NCBI GenBank assembly: GCA_020724555.1
Contig: DYGT01000006.1
Span: forward strand, 1,649 to 65,648
Direction of reading: 5' to 3'
Length of the DNA stretch: 64,000 nt
Source: Candidatus Microgenomatus sp.
GTDB taxonomy: Bacteria > Patescibacteriota > Microgenomatia > UBA8517
Part shown: positions 1 through 8,155 of the stretch, piece after piece
Layout: every line of letters starts with the position of its first letter
Position numbering within the stretch: the stretch's first letter is position 1
Notes under the pieces: model-generated
The model's database searches: none
Told to the model about the DNA's origin: nothing
What the model saw: only the letters and a program-made list of their open reading frames with translations
Made by a program: the position numbers and the translations under genes

Positions 1-1157
1 ACTAACGCATCCAAAACCCTTGCATTTACCCCTCCAATGTGGCAACGGCGTTGCTCTTTTGGAAAATGATGTAATCTCTCCTCGCAGCGATAGTAGTAAT
101 GTCCGTGCCTGTTACAGCCGTCTCCAGCCCTACGGTTGCCACATCCGCACCACAACACCTCTGAGAGTAGATAATCAAACTTTCTATTCTTCCTGGCGTA
201 TCTTCTGTTGTATTCCATTATCACTTGTGCTTTCTCGTATAAAGCTCTATCTTCCATAATTATCGGCACTTTGAAGGGATACCACTCGTCTTTGGTTCGT
301 AACTTGCGGCTGTTTTTCTTAACCTTACGATATTTGTCGTTCTTAATTCTGGTTTTAGACTCTACTGCTTCGTGCTTGTTGTAATAAGCAATGCCTGTCC
401 AATAGGTTTCGCAGCGAAGCATTCTGGTTACCGAACCCTTTGTCCAAAAGTCACTTCTTCTCTTTTTAGGCTTGATGCCAAGGTCATATAAACGCCTAAT
501 GATACCGTTTATTGATATTCTTTCGATAACAAACCACTCAAAAACCAGTTTTATTGTCCGTATTTCTTCTTCGTTTCTTTCCCAGTGCGTAGGCGTGGTA
601 TCGGTTCTCTTGACATAGTTATAGCCATACAAGGCACTCCCGCTTATCACTATGCCATTTTTGGCTTTGTAGAGTTTGCCTCTCCTGAACCGTTCGGCAA
701 TCTTCACTCTTTCGTAGTCATGAAAGCATGCCAATACATTTCTCATAAAACTCTGCTCACCATTTATTGGGTTGATATCGTGAAGTGAGATGAGCTTTAT
801 GCCAGCTTCTTCGAATTCTTTAACAAGGACGAGTTGATAAGTAACATCTCTCGATAAACGACCGAGATCATAAACATATAAAACTTGAATTTCCTGCCTC
901 TTTGTTGCGTCACGCAGAGTATCTAAGCCTGGTCGAGCCAGTATTGTGCCTGTCCAACCATCATCCAAAAAGATGTGTTTATCCGAAAGAATGTTGCCGT
1001 CAGCCTCAATTCGACTTTTAATCTCATCGGTTTGTGACTCTATCGTTTGCTCGTTCTCTTGTCTCCCTGTTGAAACCCTGGCATACAAGCCCGCAATCAA
1101 CGATTGCCTGGCTTGACCGTTCCCTGTATCATTTGTGTTAGGCAGTAAATCTTCCAT
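1..1157 (-). CDS. Large serine recombinase (integrase/resolvase family), C-terminal end outside the window
   Basis: Minus-strand ORF starting at the ATG complementary to 1155-1157 and running off the window start (no Met-to-stop ORF in the track because it is truncated). N-terminal resolvase-type catalytic motif YARVSTGRQ, internal recombinase domain, Cys-rich zinc-ribbon region CGCGNRRAGDGCNRHGHYYYRCEE typical of large serine recombinases. Confidence 0.85.
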   Translation of the reverse strand, partial: MEDLLPNTNDTGNGQARQSLIAGLYARVSTGRQENEQTIESQTDEIKSRIEADGNILSDKHIFLDDGWTGTILARPGLDTLRDATKRQEIQVLYVYDLGRLSRDVTYQLVLVKEFEEAGIKLISLHDINPINGEQSFMRNVLACFHDYERVKIAERFRRGKLYKAKNGIVISGSALYGYNYVKRTDTTPTHWERNEEEIRTIKLVFEWFVIERISINGIIRRLYDLGIKPKKRRSDFWTKGSVTRMLRCETYWTGIAYYNKHEAVESKTRIKNDKYRKVKKNSRKLRTKDEWYPFKVPIIMEDRALYEKAQVIMEYNRRYARKNRKFDYLLSEVLWCGCGNRRAGDGCNRHGHYYYRCEERLHHFPKEQRRCHIGGVNARVLDAL

Positions 1158-1217
1158 TGGTTTATTTGCTTATCAGGGGTCTTGGCTTCGCTAGCGAAAG
1201 ACCTCTGATTTTTTTAA

Positions 1218-1424
1218 TCAAGTTTTCGTCATAGTTTTTTCAAATAACGCTGCCAGTTTTGTATTGCTTATTCGCCAGGCTTTGCCCAACTTCACTGCTG
1301 GCAATTGCCCTCGTCTTGCCATACGATAAATGGTTATTTTGGCAAGTTTCAACTTCTCAGCTGCCTCATTTATGGTTAAGTATTCTTGGTTCTCCATATG
1401 GCTAATTGATGCTGTTTGATACAC
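1218..1424 (-). CDS. Excisionase-family/MerR-like helix-turn-helix DNA-binding protein (putative recombination directionality factor)
   Basis: 68 aa; LTINEAAEKLKLAKITIYRMARRGQLPAVKLGKAWRI matches the excisionase-type HTH (LTxxEAAxxLxVSxxTIYRLxxxGxLPAxKxGxxWRI); immediately next to the serine recombinase. Confidence 0.6.
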   Translation of the reverse strand: MYQTASISHMENQEYLTINEAAEKLKLAKITIYRMARRGQLPAVKLGKAWRISNTKLAALFEKTMTKT

Positions 1425-1591
1425 TCACACACTACCCAGAGGGTCTGTGTAAGTCAAGTGTGATCGCTAATGATCTTTTATCTACCTTTTGTCTGTCTAT
1501 AATGTTTTGCCTCGCCATCGTAAAAATACGGTCATAAACCAGCTTTAAACGCCCAGTGCTTTCTGGTTTGTCTGTATAAATAAAGCTGATG

Positions 1592-2197
1592 TTAGGCGGC
1601 ACTATTCTTCTCATTTTGTTTATCGTTAAATTCGATCTCCAACTCGGTGATCTTTTTACTCAACTCGATTTCTTCTGGAGTTAATGGTCTTTGTTGGCTT
1701 TCATCAATGTAGTTCTTTGAAACTTCGTATTTACCAACTGGTTCACCCCATTCAATTCTTGTCATCTCCCAAAGAATTCTGACCTCCTGAACCGAAGTTG
1801 GTTCACCCGCCTGCATTTGCTTTCTAAGCATTTGCAGTTTGCTCCAGAAAGCCTCTGTAATGAGGTAAGCCCTCTTTTGTCGTATCTGCGTGGTCTTCTT
1901 TTTCAGTCCCTCCAAATCTTCTGCTAATTTCTTGTCTGCCCGCTCCACCCACTGGTATTTAACCGACCAGCGCTCAATTGTCCTTTCCGAGGGTAAATCG
2001 CCGAGTTTAGAGCCAAAAATCACCGACAACTCTCCTGCTGAACTCCGACTTATTTGCTCCCATGCTTGAATTAGTTTGGAAACACTCCCAACTTCGCAAT
2101 ACAGCAAGAAAGCTGTATATTGCTTTTCGGTCTCCCCAGGCATTTTTGATGTTGTTGGTTTTTCAGGTTTTGTTGTTTGCATATAATTCTTCTCCAT
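1592..2197 (-). CDS. Hypothetical protein (mobile-element cargo, charged, possibly DNA-binding)
   Basis: 201-aa ORF in the recombinase/excisionase block; no motif recognised. Confidence 0.4.
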   Translation of the reverse strand: MEKNYMQTTKPEKPTTSKMPGETEKQYTAFLLYCEVGSVSKLIQAWEQISRSSAGELSVIFGSKLGDLPSERTIERWSVKYQWVERADKKLAEDLEGLKKKTTQIRQKRAYLITEAFWSKLQMLRKQMQAGEPTSVQEVRILWEMTRIEWGEPVGKYEVSKNYIDESQQRPLTPEEIELSKKITELEIEFNDKQNEKNSAA

Positions 2198-2849
2198 GCG
2201 GGCAAACGCCAGTTGATTCCCAAAGCGACTCGTCTATTTCCTGCATCGTTTTTATGTCTAAGTTATTTGCGTCTTTCTCTAACATCTCCCGATACTCTTC
2301 ATTACTCCTATGACCATTGCGAAGATTACATCCACACTTAAAGGAACTTAAAGGTTTATAATCGGCTCTTTGCATCTTTGCAACGGATTGAGGAGAATTG
2401 TCGTCATTCTCTTTAGAGACTTTCTGTTGCAAATCTGAATGAGGTTGTTGTGCTTCTGCAACGACGCCTTGCAAATCTGCAATATGTTCTTGCAGGTCAA
2501 CGATCTTTTTCTCTTTAACAATTTCAGTTAGCTTCTCCCGAATATCAAAATCAACCACATACACCCTCTTGCCTTGTTTTCTCCAAAAACCAAGCGAGTA
2601 GAGCTTGCCTGCGTTTCTGCTCACCTTAGAAGGACTCCAACCTATCAACCAACCGATTTCCCAAAGCGCATACTCAAAGCTTCCATATACTTCTCCATGA
2701 CTTTTATCCCAATCAGCAAGGCACGAGTAGCTCAAATCCCACAAGATATACTCCTGATCAGACAACAACTTCCTATGAAGAAGTAAAAACCTCCCTCTAA
2801 AATGACGGTCAAACCCACTTAATCTGTTCATAATCTTTGTTTGTTGCAT
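2163..2849 (-). CDS. Hypothetical protein (mobile-element cargo)
   Basis: 228-aa ORF, co-directional and overlapping the previous ORF by 35 nt; no recognised motif. Confidence 0.4.
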   Translation of the reverse strand: MQQTKIMNRLSGFDRHFRGRFLLLHRKLLSDQEYILWDLSYSCLADWDKSHGEVYGSFEYALWEIGWLIGWSPSKVSRNAGKLYSLGFWRKQGKRVYVVDFDIREKLTEIVKEKKIVDLQEHIADLQGVVAEAQQPHSDLQQKVSKENDDNSPQSVAKMQRADYKPLSSFKCGCNLRNGHRSNEEYREMLEKDANNLDIKTMQEIDESLWESTGVCPHGEELYANNKT

Positions 2850-2860
2850 ACTGATTCTTA

Positions 2861-3160
2861 TTAGACTTTTTCTGAATATAACCTCTCTTTCAGGCTTTTA
2901 ATGACTGTTACTGCCTTACGAAAGTCCACTAAAACCTCTGGAGAGTTTTCCTCCGCAAAATTGAAAGCCCTAAGAATTTCTTGTCGACTTGGGGAATCTT
3001 TCAGAACAAAAACTGATCTATTAGGATTTGAAGAAGGCTGGATTGATATAAGCTCCAAGCCTCGGAGCATCAAAAAAACTGCCGAGTAGAAGCTACTTGT
3101 GTAATACTGATTATCTTTTGATTTTTGACCAGACATAAATACGCCTTTCTCCAGCCACAA
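2861..3160 (-). CDS. Hypothetical protein
   Basis: 99-aa ORF, last gene of the leftward cargo block. Confidence 0.3.
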   Translation of the reverse strand: MWLEKGVFMSGQKSKDNQYYTSSFYSAVFLMLRGLELISIQPSSNPNRSVFVLKDSPSRQEILRAFNFAEENSPEVLVDFRKAVTVIKSLKERLYSEKV

Positions 3161-3486
3161 AAAAAGGACTGCATTACTACAGCTACACTGCCATTTCTTG
3201 CGTGTTGCTATCGTGCAGTCCGTCTATTGCGTTCGATTATGTCTGAAAACCTCTTGCAGGAAAAAAGAGGATTTGCCCTTGGCATTCCGAAGATCCTGCT
3301 GCATGCCCTTATTGCGAGTTGCTTTCGTGCGTTCTTGCTTTCCGAGTCCTATCGTTTGCGAATTTCAACTTAAGGCAGTTGTGCCTTAGTAGCTATATTT
3401 TTACAAAATTCCTATCTTCTTGTCAAGAGTTTCTTGATTAAAAATGTAGTAAGAAAGTCTCCAAATTGATACAATATAAGTATAAA

Positions 3487-3625
3487 GCCTAAACCCCTTC
3501 TGGGGCATGGCTAAGAAAACCCATCACAGGCGGTAAGCTCCTCGTCAGAGCACCTGTAATGGGTCATATCCCGAAAGGGGTATGGGTAGTCGAAAGGCTA
3601 TCGCTGGTGGGGAGCTTTTTGTTTG
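3487..3625 (+). ncRNA. Candidate structured ncRNA or cis-regulatory RNA of unknown family
   Basis: Non-coding, locally GC-richer segment in a divergent intergenic region. It contains an imperfect 11-bp stem (cccatcacagg / cctgtaatggg), two GNRA-type hairpins (cccgaaagggg, gtcgaaaggc) and a terminal G-run followed by a T-run (ggtggggagcttttt). Strand and family not determinable by eye. Confidence 0.2.
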
Positions 3626-3676
3626 GATTTGACAATCTCTCCCAAGCGAAGTTAACATAGCGAACCATATCAAAAT

Positions 3677-4345
3677 ATGACAATAAAGATGAAAAATAAG
3701 GTTAAAACTATCGTTCCTCTCCTGCTTGTTGTCCTATTGCTTTCACTTGGCGGTTTTTATTTGTTCAAATCATCCCATGATAAGTTTGCGCCTCCCCGCA
3801 AAGACGCTCCAATGGTGCAGTTTCGAGTAGACAAAAAAAATACCCTGATGGCAGTCACTGGTAATCTTCACTACTATGGCTTTGTTAAAGATGAAGAAGC
3901 CCTTGAATATGCCCTGGAACATACCAAAGACAATACTCCTGGTAAGCCTGGGGCAATTAAGATTGGCAATAACAGTATCGATACAGAGACTGCCTACGAT
4001 ATTTCTCAATCAATGACCGCCTGGGAAATAGCCAGAATTCTTCTTAATGAAGGCACACCCAGTATCAGAGACTGTGACCACGGTTGCGAGGAATATAACC
4101 CCTTTACTCCAGCGCTTCTGCCTGGAGGAGATATTGCTCCTACTTGGCAAGAGCGTATGCGGGCTAAATATAGCTGGGTAAAAAACTATGATGACTGTCT
4201 TAAAGCTATTGGTCATGATGGGGGTCAAGTAACTTCTGAGGAGGCTTCCAAGCGCACTGGTCACCCAAGAGTGTGTAATACAGCAGACGGTCGTTATTTT
4301 ATTCAAGGAAAAGAAGGCTGGAGTGATTATCCGCCTTACCCGTAA
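3677..4345 (+). CDS. Secreted/membrane-anchored hypothetical protein
   Basis: 222 aa, N-terminal hydrophobic signal/anchor (IVPLLLVVLLLSLGGFYLF), several Cys. Confidence 0.5.
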   Translation: MTIKMKNKVKTIVPLLLVVLLLSLGGFYLFKSSHDKFAPPRKDAPMVQFRVDKKNTLMAVTGNLHYYGFVKDEEALEYALEHTKDNTPGKPGAIKIGNNSIDTETAYDISQSMTAWEIARILLNEGTPSIRDCDHGCEEYNPFTPALLPGGDIAPTWQERMRAKYSWVKNYDDCLKAIGHDGGQVTSEEASKRTGHPRVCNTADGRYFIQGKEGWSDYPPYP

Positions 4346-4358
4346 AGGAGGTGAGAAT

Positions 4359-5069
4359 ATGAAGATAAAAATTGTCATTGCACTACTGGTTATCGCCGCT
4401 CTGGGAAGTGTTTTTGTTTGGTCAAGGCAAAGTAGCAAAACTGCTTTGTTGCCATCAAAACAAACAACTAATGTAACAACCCAGGAAGAGACGATTATCC
4501 ATAATTTCATGGCAGAACCTAACCTCAAGCTGTCTTTTATTAAGACTGATTTACCGTTTCCAAGTTACTTCAGTGTCGGTAAAGTAACTCAGGTAAATGG
4601 TGGTGAGAATATGGAGGCGGTAGAGGAGTGGACACGCCAGGTTAATGTTTATCGCCAAAAGGAATTACTTAATGGACAATGCTCGGTTTATGAGTATCAC
4701 ATTGATCCCAGAAGTCATTCCTTGGTAGCAGTTGTCGTTGCGGGGTTAAAGCCTAATGAAATTGAGGCATACAAGGTAAAGGGTATTGAGTGTAAGACCG
4801 AGGTTCACAACTTGCCAGAAATATCTAAGGCAGAGGCTGAAAGTGTTGCCATGGAATATCTAAAACGAGTCTTACCCAACTTTGACCAAATTAAAGACAG
4901 GCTTGTTTATTCTCACGGTAAAACGCACAGTTGGCTATGGGAAAACAAAGACTACCGCTTACCAGATGGTTTAGAAGGTCGACCATACTCATATCCCACT
5001 ATCCGCATATCAGTAGACAACAACAAAAACATTCAGTATTGGAATACTGTGTCGTTGTTTGAGAAGTAA
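4359..5069 (+). CDS. Secreted/membrane-anchored hypothetical protein
   Basis: Start placed at the Met after a strong SD (aaggaggtgagaat-ATG); N-terminal TM/signal (IVIALLVIAALGSVFVW). Confidence 0.5.
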   Translation: MKIKIVIALLVIAALGSVFVWSRQSSKTALLPSKQTTNVTTQEETIIHNFMAEPNLKLSFIKTDLPFPSYFSVGKVTQVNGGENMEAVEEWTRQVNVYRQKELLNGQCSVYEYHIDPRSHSLVAVVVAGLKPNEIEAYKVKGIECKTEVHNLPEISKAEAESVAMEYLKRVLPNFDQIKDRLVYSHGKTHSWLWENKDYRLPDGLEGRPYSYPTIRISVDNNKNIQYWNTVSLFEK

Positions 5070-5169
5070 GGTCTGTTAGAAGTTCCTCTCGGTCTTTTTA
5101 GAAACTAAACAGAGGTGAAACTTTTATCCACCCCAAGCACGAAAGCCCCATACAAGTCAACACACGGCG

Positions 5170-6177
5170 TCACCTTGAGTAAAATTCCCTAACTGAAGCA
5201 GCTAAAACTCTTACATCTTGGTTGTCTAATCTGAAAAACGGTTTACCCAGTACACTTTCTGGAATACCCATTTTTCTAATAACATCCAGCGCCTGCGCTT
5301 GTGAGACTATCGTTCCACCCCTACTCCTGTCATGTTTGCTAAGAGTCGAAACATCTCTTGAGCCATTGTATTCGCCAAGCATTTGTCTAAGTTCTCTTTT
5401 GACATTTGACCTATCTCGTCTATGTGATTCTCGTTTAGATAAATCACCGCCTCCACCTCTCTGGCTGGCATCAACAAGTGCCTGTTTCATCTCATTCACA
5501 ACCAAACCAAATCTGCCTGTTCTTCTAAACAAATATGCAAATATATAGTCAGCGGGGTTGGCTTCGATTTCCCTCCTGTCCTTAGGGTCAAACTCCATCA
5601 CAATAGCATCTGTTCTCGGCTGCGGGTAAAAAGCTTCTCTGGACACTTGTGCTAAAACTCTTGAGTCAAAAAAAGTCTGACCCAGCAACGACAACTTCCC
5701 AAAGCCCATACTAGCCTCCGATTCCTGAAACTCTCTGGCGACATTATCTCCCAACATCAAGACAGCGCTGCTTATAGGTAAATCTATCAGCTTATACATA
5801 AAAGGTTCAGTAATATGGAAAGGTAAGTTTGCGACAATTTGAGCCTCCTCATCTCTACCAATCAAAGAACCAAACTGCACCCTCAAGGCGTCGCCAAATA
5901 TAAATCTGATTCTTGGGTTTTTTTCTTGAATACCCTCTAAAATAGGTTGAAATCTCTTGTCAATTTCTATCCCAATGACCGAACCAGCTCGTTGAGCAAG
6001 GGCTTCAGTTACATGTCCTATTCCAGAACCAACCTCAATGACTTTTGACCCTTCTATCACTGTAGCAACAAGCCTACCGATCACCCTTTCGTCAATCAAA
6101 AAATGCTGACCCAACCGTTCGCTAAGATCGATTCCTTCTGCCTCTAGTTGCGATGTAATAATTCTCTCTCTATTCAT
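5170..6177 (-). CDS. rRNA adenine N6,N6-dimethyltransferase family protein (KsgA/RsmA/Erm-type), paralogue 1, with an Arg/Ser-rich insertion
   Basis: GQHFLID SAM-binding motif, VIEVGSGIGHVTEAL, NLPFHITEP (motif IV NLPY-like), C-terminal helical domain ending MGIPESVLGKPFFRLDNQDVRVLAASV that resembles the KsgA C-terminus. ~50-aa low-complexity insert (RGGGGDLSKRESHRRDRS...). Confidence 0.8.
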   Translation of the reverse strand: MNRERIITSQLEAEGIDLSERLGQHFLIDERVIGRLVATVIEGSKVIEVGSGIGHVTEALAQRAGSVIGIEIDKRFQPILEGIQEKNPRIRFIFGDALRVQFGSLIGRDEEAQIVANLPFHITEPFMYKLIDLPISSAVLMLGDNVAREFQESEASMGFGKLSLLGQTFFDSRVLAQVSREAFYPQPRTDAIVMEFDPKDRREIEANPADYIFAYLFRRTGRFGLVVNEMKQALVDASQRGGGGDLSKRESHRRDRSNVKRELRQMLGEYNGSRDVSTLSKHDRSRGGTIVSQAQALDVIRKMGIPESVLGKPFFRLDNQDVRVLAASVREFYSR

Positions 6178-6198
6178 AAGTTGCGTATTTTAACATTC

Positions 6199-6897
6199 CT
6201 AAGAGACGGGTTCAATTGTGCCTGTTTTAAGCATAAATTGTATAACCTGAGTAGTTGTGTTCCTAAAGTCTCCTGTATTGTCAACACAAAATAGCCTGTT
6301 TTTAGAAACTTGTCTACTTTGTCGAATAATTTCATCTTGCAAAAGAAGTAGTTTGTCAGTTGAGTATCTTTCATTCAACTCTACATTATCCCCCCCAAAC
6401 ATTTTTCTTCTGTTACTTTCTAGCTGTTGCGCATTAGAAGTTACAATTATTAACCTATTATTACCACTTAGATATGGTGCTACTATTGATGGTATTAATT
6501 GGACTCCTTCAAACAATACATTTTGTGCTCCTTGAACTTCTAATTTAGGAATAATGTTGCGCAAAGGTGAACAAACTATTTTAGAATAACCATTGAATCC
6601 TGCAATTAGGCTTTGTGGAGAATAGGAACCATCTCCAATGGCAATATAGCTGTCACAAGAGCCATAGTTAACAAACGGGCTTCGCTCGGCTTCTGGTTTA
6701 TGGCTTTCTATTTCCTGGACTACAAGTCTAATAATGTCCATCGATTGTAAAGTGCAATTTTCAATTAATGAGGTAATAAGCGGAGCAATAGTAGACTTTC
6801 CCGATAGCGGGACTCCAGTAATAAAAACTAGAGTTCCCTGTCTGGTAAATCTGTATTCTGGACTTCGAGCTAATTCTGGATGGTTTAATTTTTCCAT
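6199..6897 (-). CDS. P-loop NTPase/kinase, substrate unknown
   Basis: Walker A VFITGVPLSGKSTIA near the N-terminus; 232 aa; start abuts the stop of the upstream SHMT-like gene. Confidence 0.55.
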   Translation of the reverse strand: MEKLNHPELARSPEYRFTRQGTLVFITGVPLSGKSTIAPLITSLIENCTLQSMDIIRLVVQEIESHKPEAERSPFVNYGSCDSYIAIGDGSYSPQSLIAGFNGYSKIVCSPLRNIIPKLEVQGAQNVLFEGVQLIPSIVAPYLSGNNRLIIVTSNAQQLESNRRKMFGGDNVELNERYSTDKLLLLQDEIIRQSRQVSKNRLFCVDNTGDFRNTTTQVIQFMLKTGTIEPVS

Positions 6898-8154
6898 TTA
6901 TTCATACCAAACATCATTCTTTCTTTTAATTTTTAGTAGTTTTTTCAAATTATTTTTCGATTCTGTCTGGAGAGAGGTATCGGTCGGATCTGCTAGGTTT
7001 TGCAGAATTATGTCAGCAATAATCCCCACATCTTCTTCAGAATAACCTCTAGCAGTAATCCAAGAAGTTCCCAATCTGATTCCACTGGCTACATACGGCT
7101 TTAATGTCTCCCCAGGAACAACTTGTCTATTTGTAAGAATTCCAAGACTTTCTAATAGCTCCTCAGCTTCCTTACCCGTTAAGCCGAATACTCGGTAAGT
7201 GTTTAAAACCATTAAGTGTGTATCGCTTCCTCCAGTAACAACCAAATCAGGATATTGATTAAACTTTTGCTCGAAAATCTTAATATTTCTGATTACTCGG
7301 TCAATATAGTCATTAAACCAAGGCGAGCCGCAATCAATGAGACACTGGGTCATTTGATAAATTCTTCTTAGCGGCACACTCGATTGGACTCCTGGATGGA
7401 TAGCTTTATCTATTTTTTGGCTTAAATCGTTTTTACATAGCAATATCCCGCCATGTGGACCAAGCATAGTTTTATCTAAAGTTAAGGTAACTACATCACA
7501 GTGGGGAAATGGTTGTGGAAACCTTCCTGCTACAATTAAACCTGCTGGATGAGATAAATCTGCCATTAGATATGCCCCAACTTTTTTTGAAATTTCTGCC
7601 AATCTCTTAAACTCAATTATTCGAGGATATGAAGATGCGCCACAAACAATTAGTTTTGGTTTAAATTCCAATGCTTTTCTTTCTACTTCCTCGTAATCAA
7701 GCCAGCCGTTCTCATCAACGCCATAAAAGTCAAAATTATAAAAGATACCCGAGAAGTTCCTGCTCATGCCGTGGGTTAAATGTCCACCAGCGTCAAATCT
7801 CATAGCTAGCGCTCTATCACCATAATTAAGAAGTGCTTGATATACTGCCTGATTAGCTTGACTCACAGAATGTGGTTGGACATTAGCGTGTTCCGCTCCA
7901 AACAATTTACATGCAGCTTCAGCAGCTATCCTTTCAATACGGTTAAACCCCTCTACACCAGCATAAGGTCTATTTTCAAGTAACCCCTCAGCTATTGCAT
8001 TGTGCTTCAGGGGTAGATTATAAAAATACTTCATAGGAGTAGGACTTGCGGGGGCTATTAGGTTGATGGTATTCAAGTCATATTGATCTTGCTGTTTAGC
8101 AGCTTCGACTAACTCCTGTCCCAGCTTTTGAAAATATTCGCTTACTCGCCTCAT
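6898..8154 (-). CDS. Serine hydroxymethyltransferase-like PLP-dependent enzyme (divergent second SHMT-family copy; possible transaldolase)
   Basis: 418 aa; SHMT fold-type I signatures GGHLTHG and TLDKTMLGPHGG (PLP-lysine motif; canonical glyA in this window has TTHKTLRGPRAA). Clearly more divergent than the glyA at 48453-49769. Confidence 0.75.
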   Translation of the reverse strand: MRRVSEYFQKLGQELVEAAKQQDQYDLNTINLIAPASPTPMKYFYNLPLKHNAIAEGLLENRPYAGVEGFNRIERIAAEAACKLFGAEHANVQPHSVSQANQAVYQALLNYGDRALAMRFDAGGHLTHGMSRNFSGIFYNFDFYGVDENGWLDYEEVERKALEFKPKLIVCGASSYPRIIEFKRLAEISKKVGAYLMADLSHPAGLIVAGRFPQPFPHCDVVTLTLDKTMLGPHGGILLCKNDLSQKIDKAIHPGVQSSVPLRRIYQMTQCLIDCGSPWFNDYIDRVIRNIKIFEQKFNQYPDLVVTGGSDTHLMVLNTYRVFGLTGKEAEELLESLGILTNRQVVPGETLKPYVASGIRLGTSWITARGYSEEDVGIIADIILQNLADPTDTSLQTESKNNLKKLLKIKRKNDVWYE

Positions 8155-8155
8155 A

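Noticed and set aside
2062-2313. Plus-strand 83-aa ORF (and similar short ORFs: 2574-2786, 2901-3089, 3770-4009, 4010-4528, 5222-5548, 6257-6535, 6734-7045, 10745-10930, 10842-11024, 12096-12374, 13099-13353, 20628-20867, 21048-21284, 22154-22483, 23066-23395, 31251-31586, 38001-38404, 43343-44756, 46495-47070, 51064-51829, 54025-54471, 55553-56623, 58239-58682 etc.)
   Set aside because: All lie antisense to or embedded in long, motif-supported genes on the opposite strand. They have low-complexity or odd composition and no start or RBS context, so they are treated as spurious shadow ORFs.
3384-3410. Hairpin AAGGCA-gttg-TGCCTT followed by a T-run as a rho-independent terminator
   Set aside because: It lies in a divergent promoter region with no upstream gene reading into it on either strand, so a terminator call is not justified. 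It may be part of the ncRNA/att region noted in the findings.
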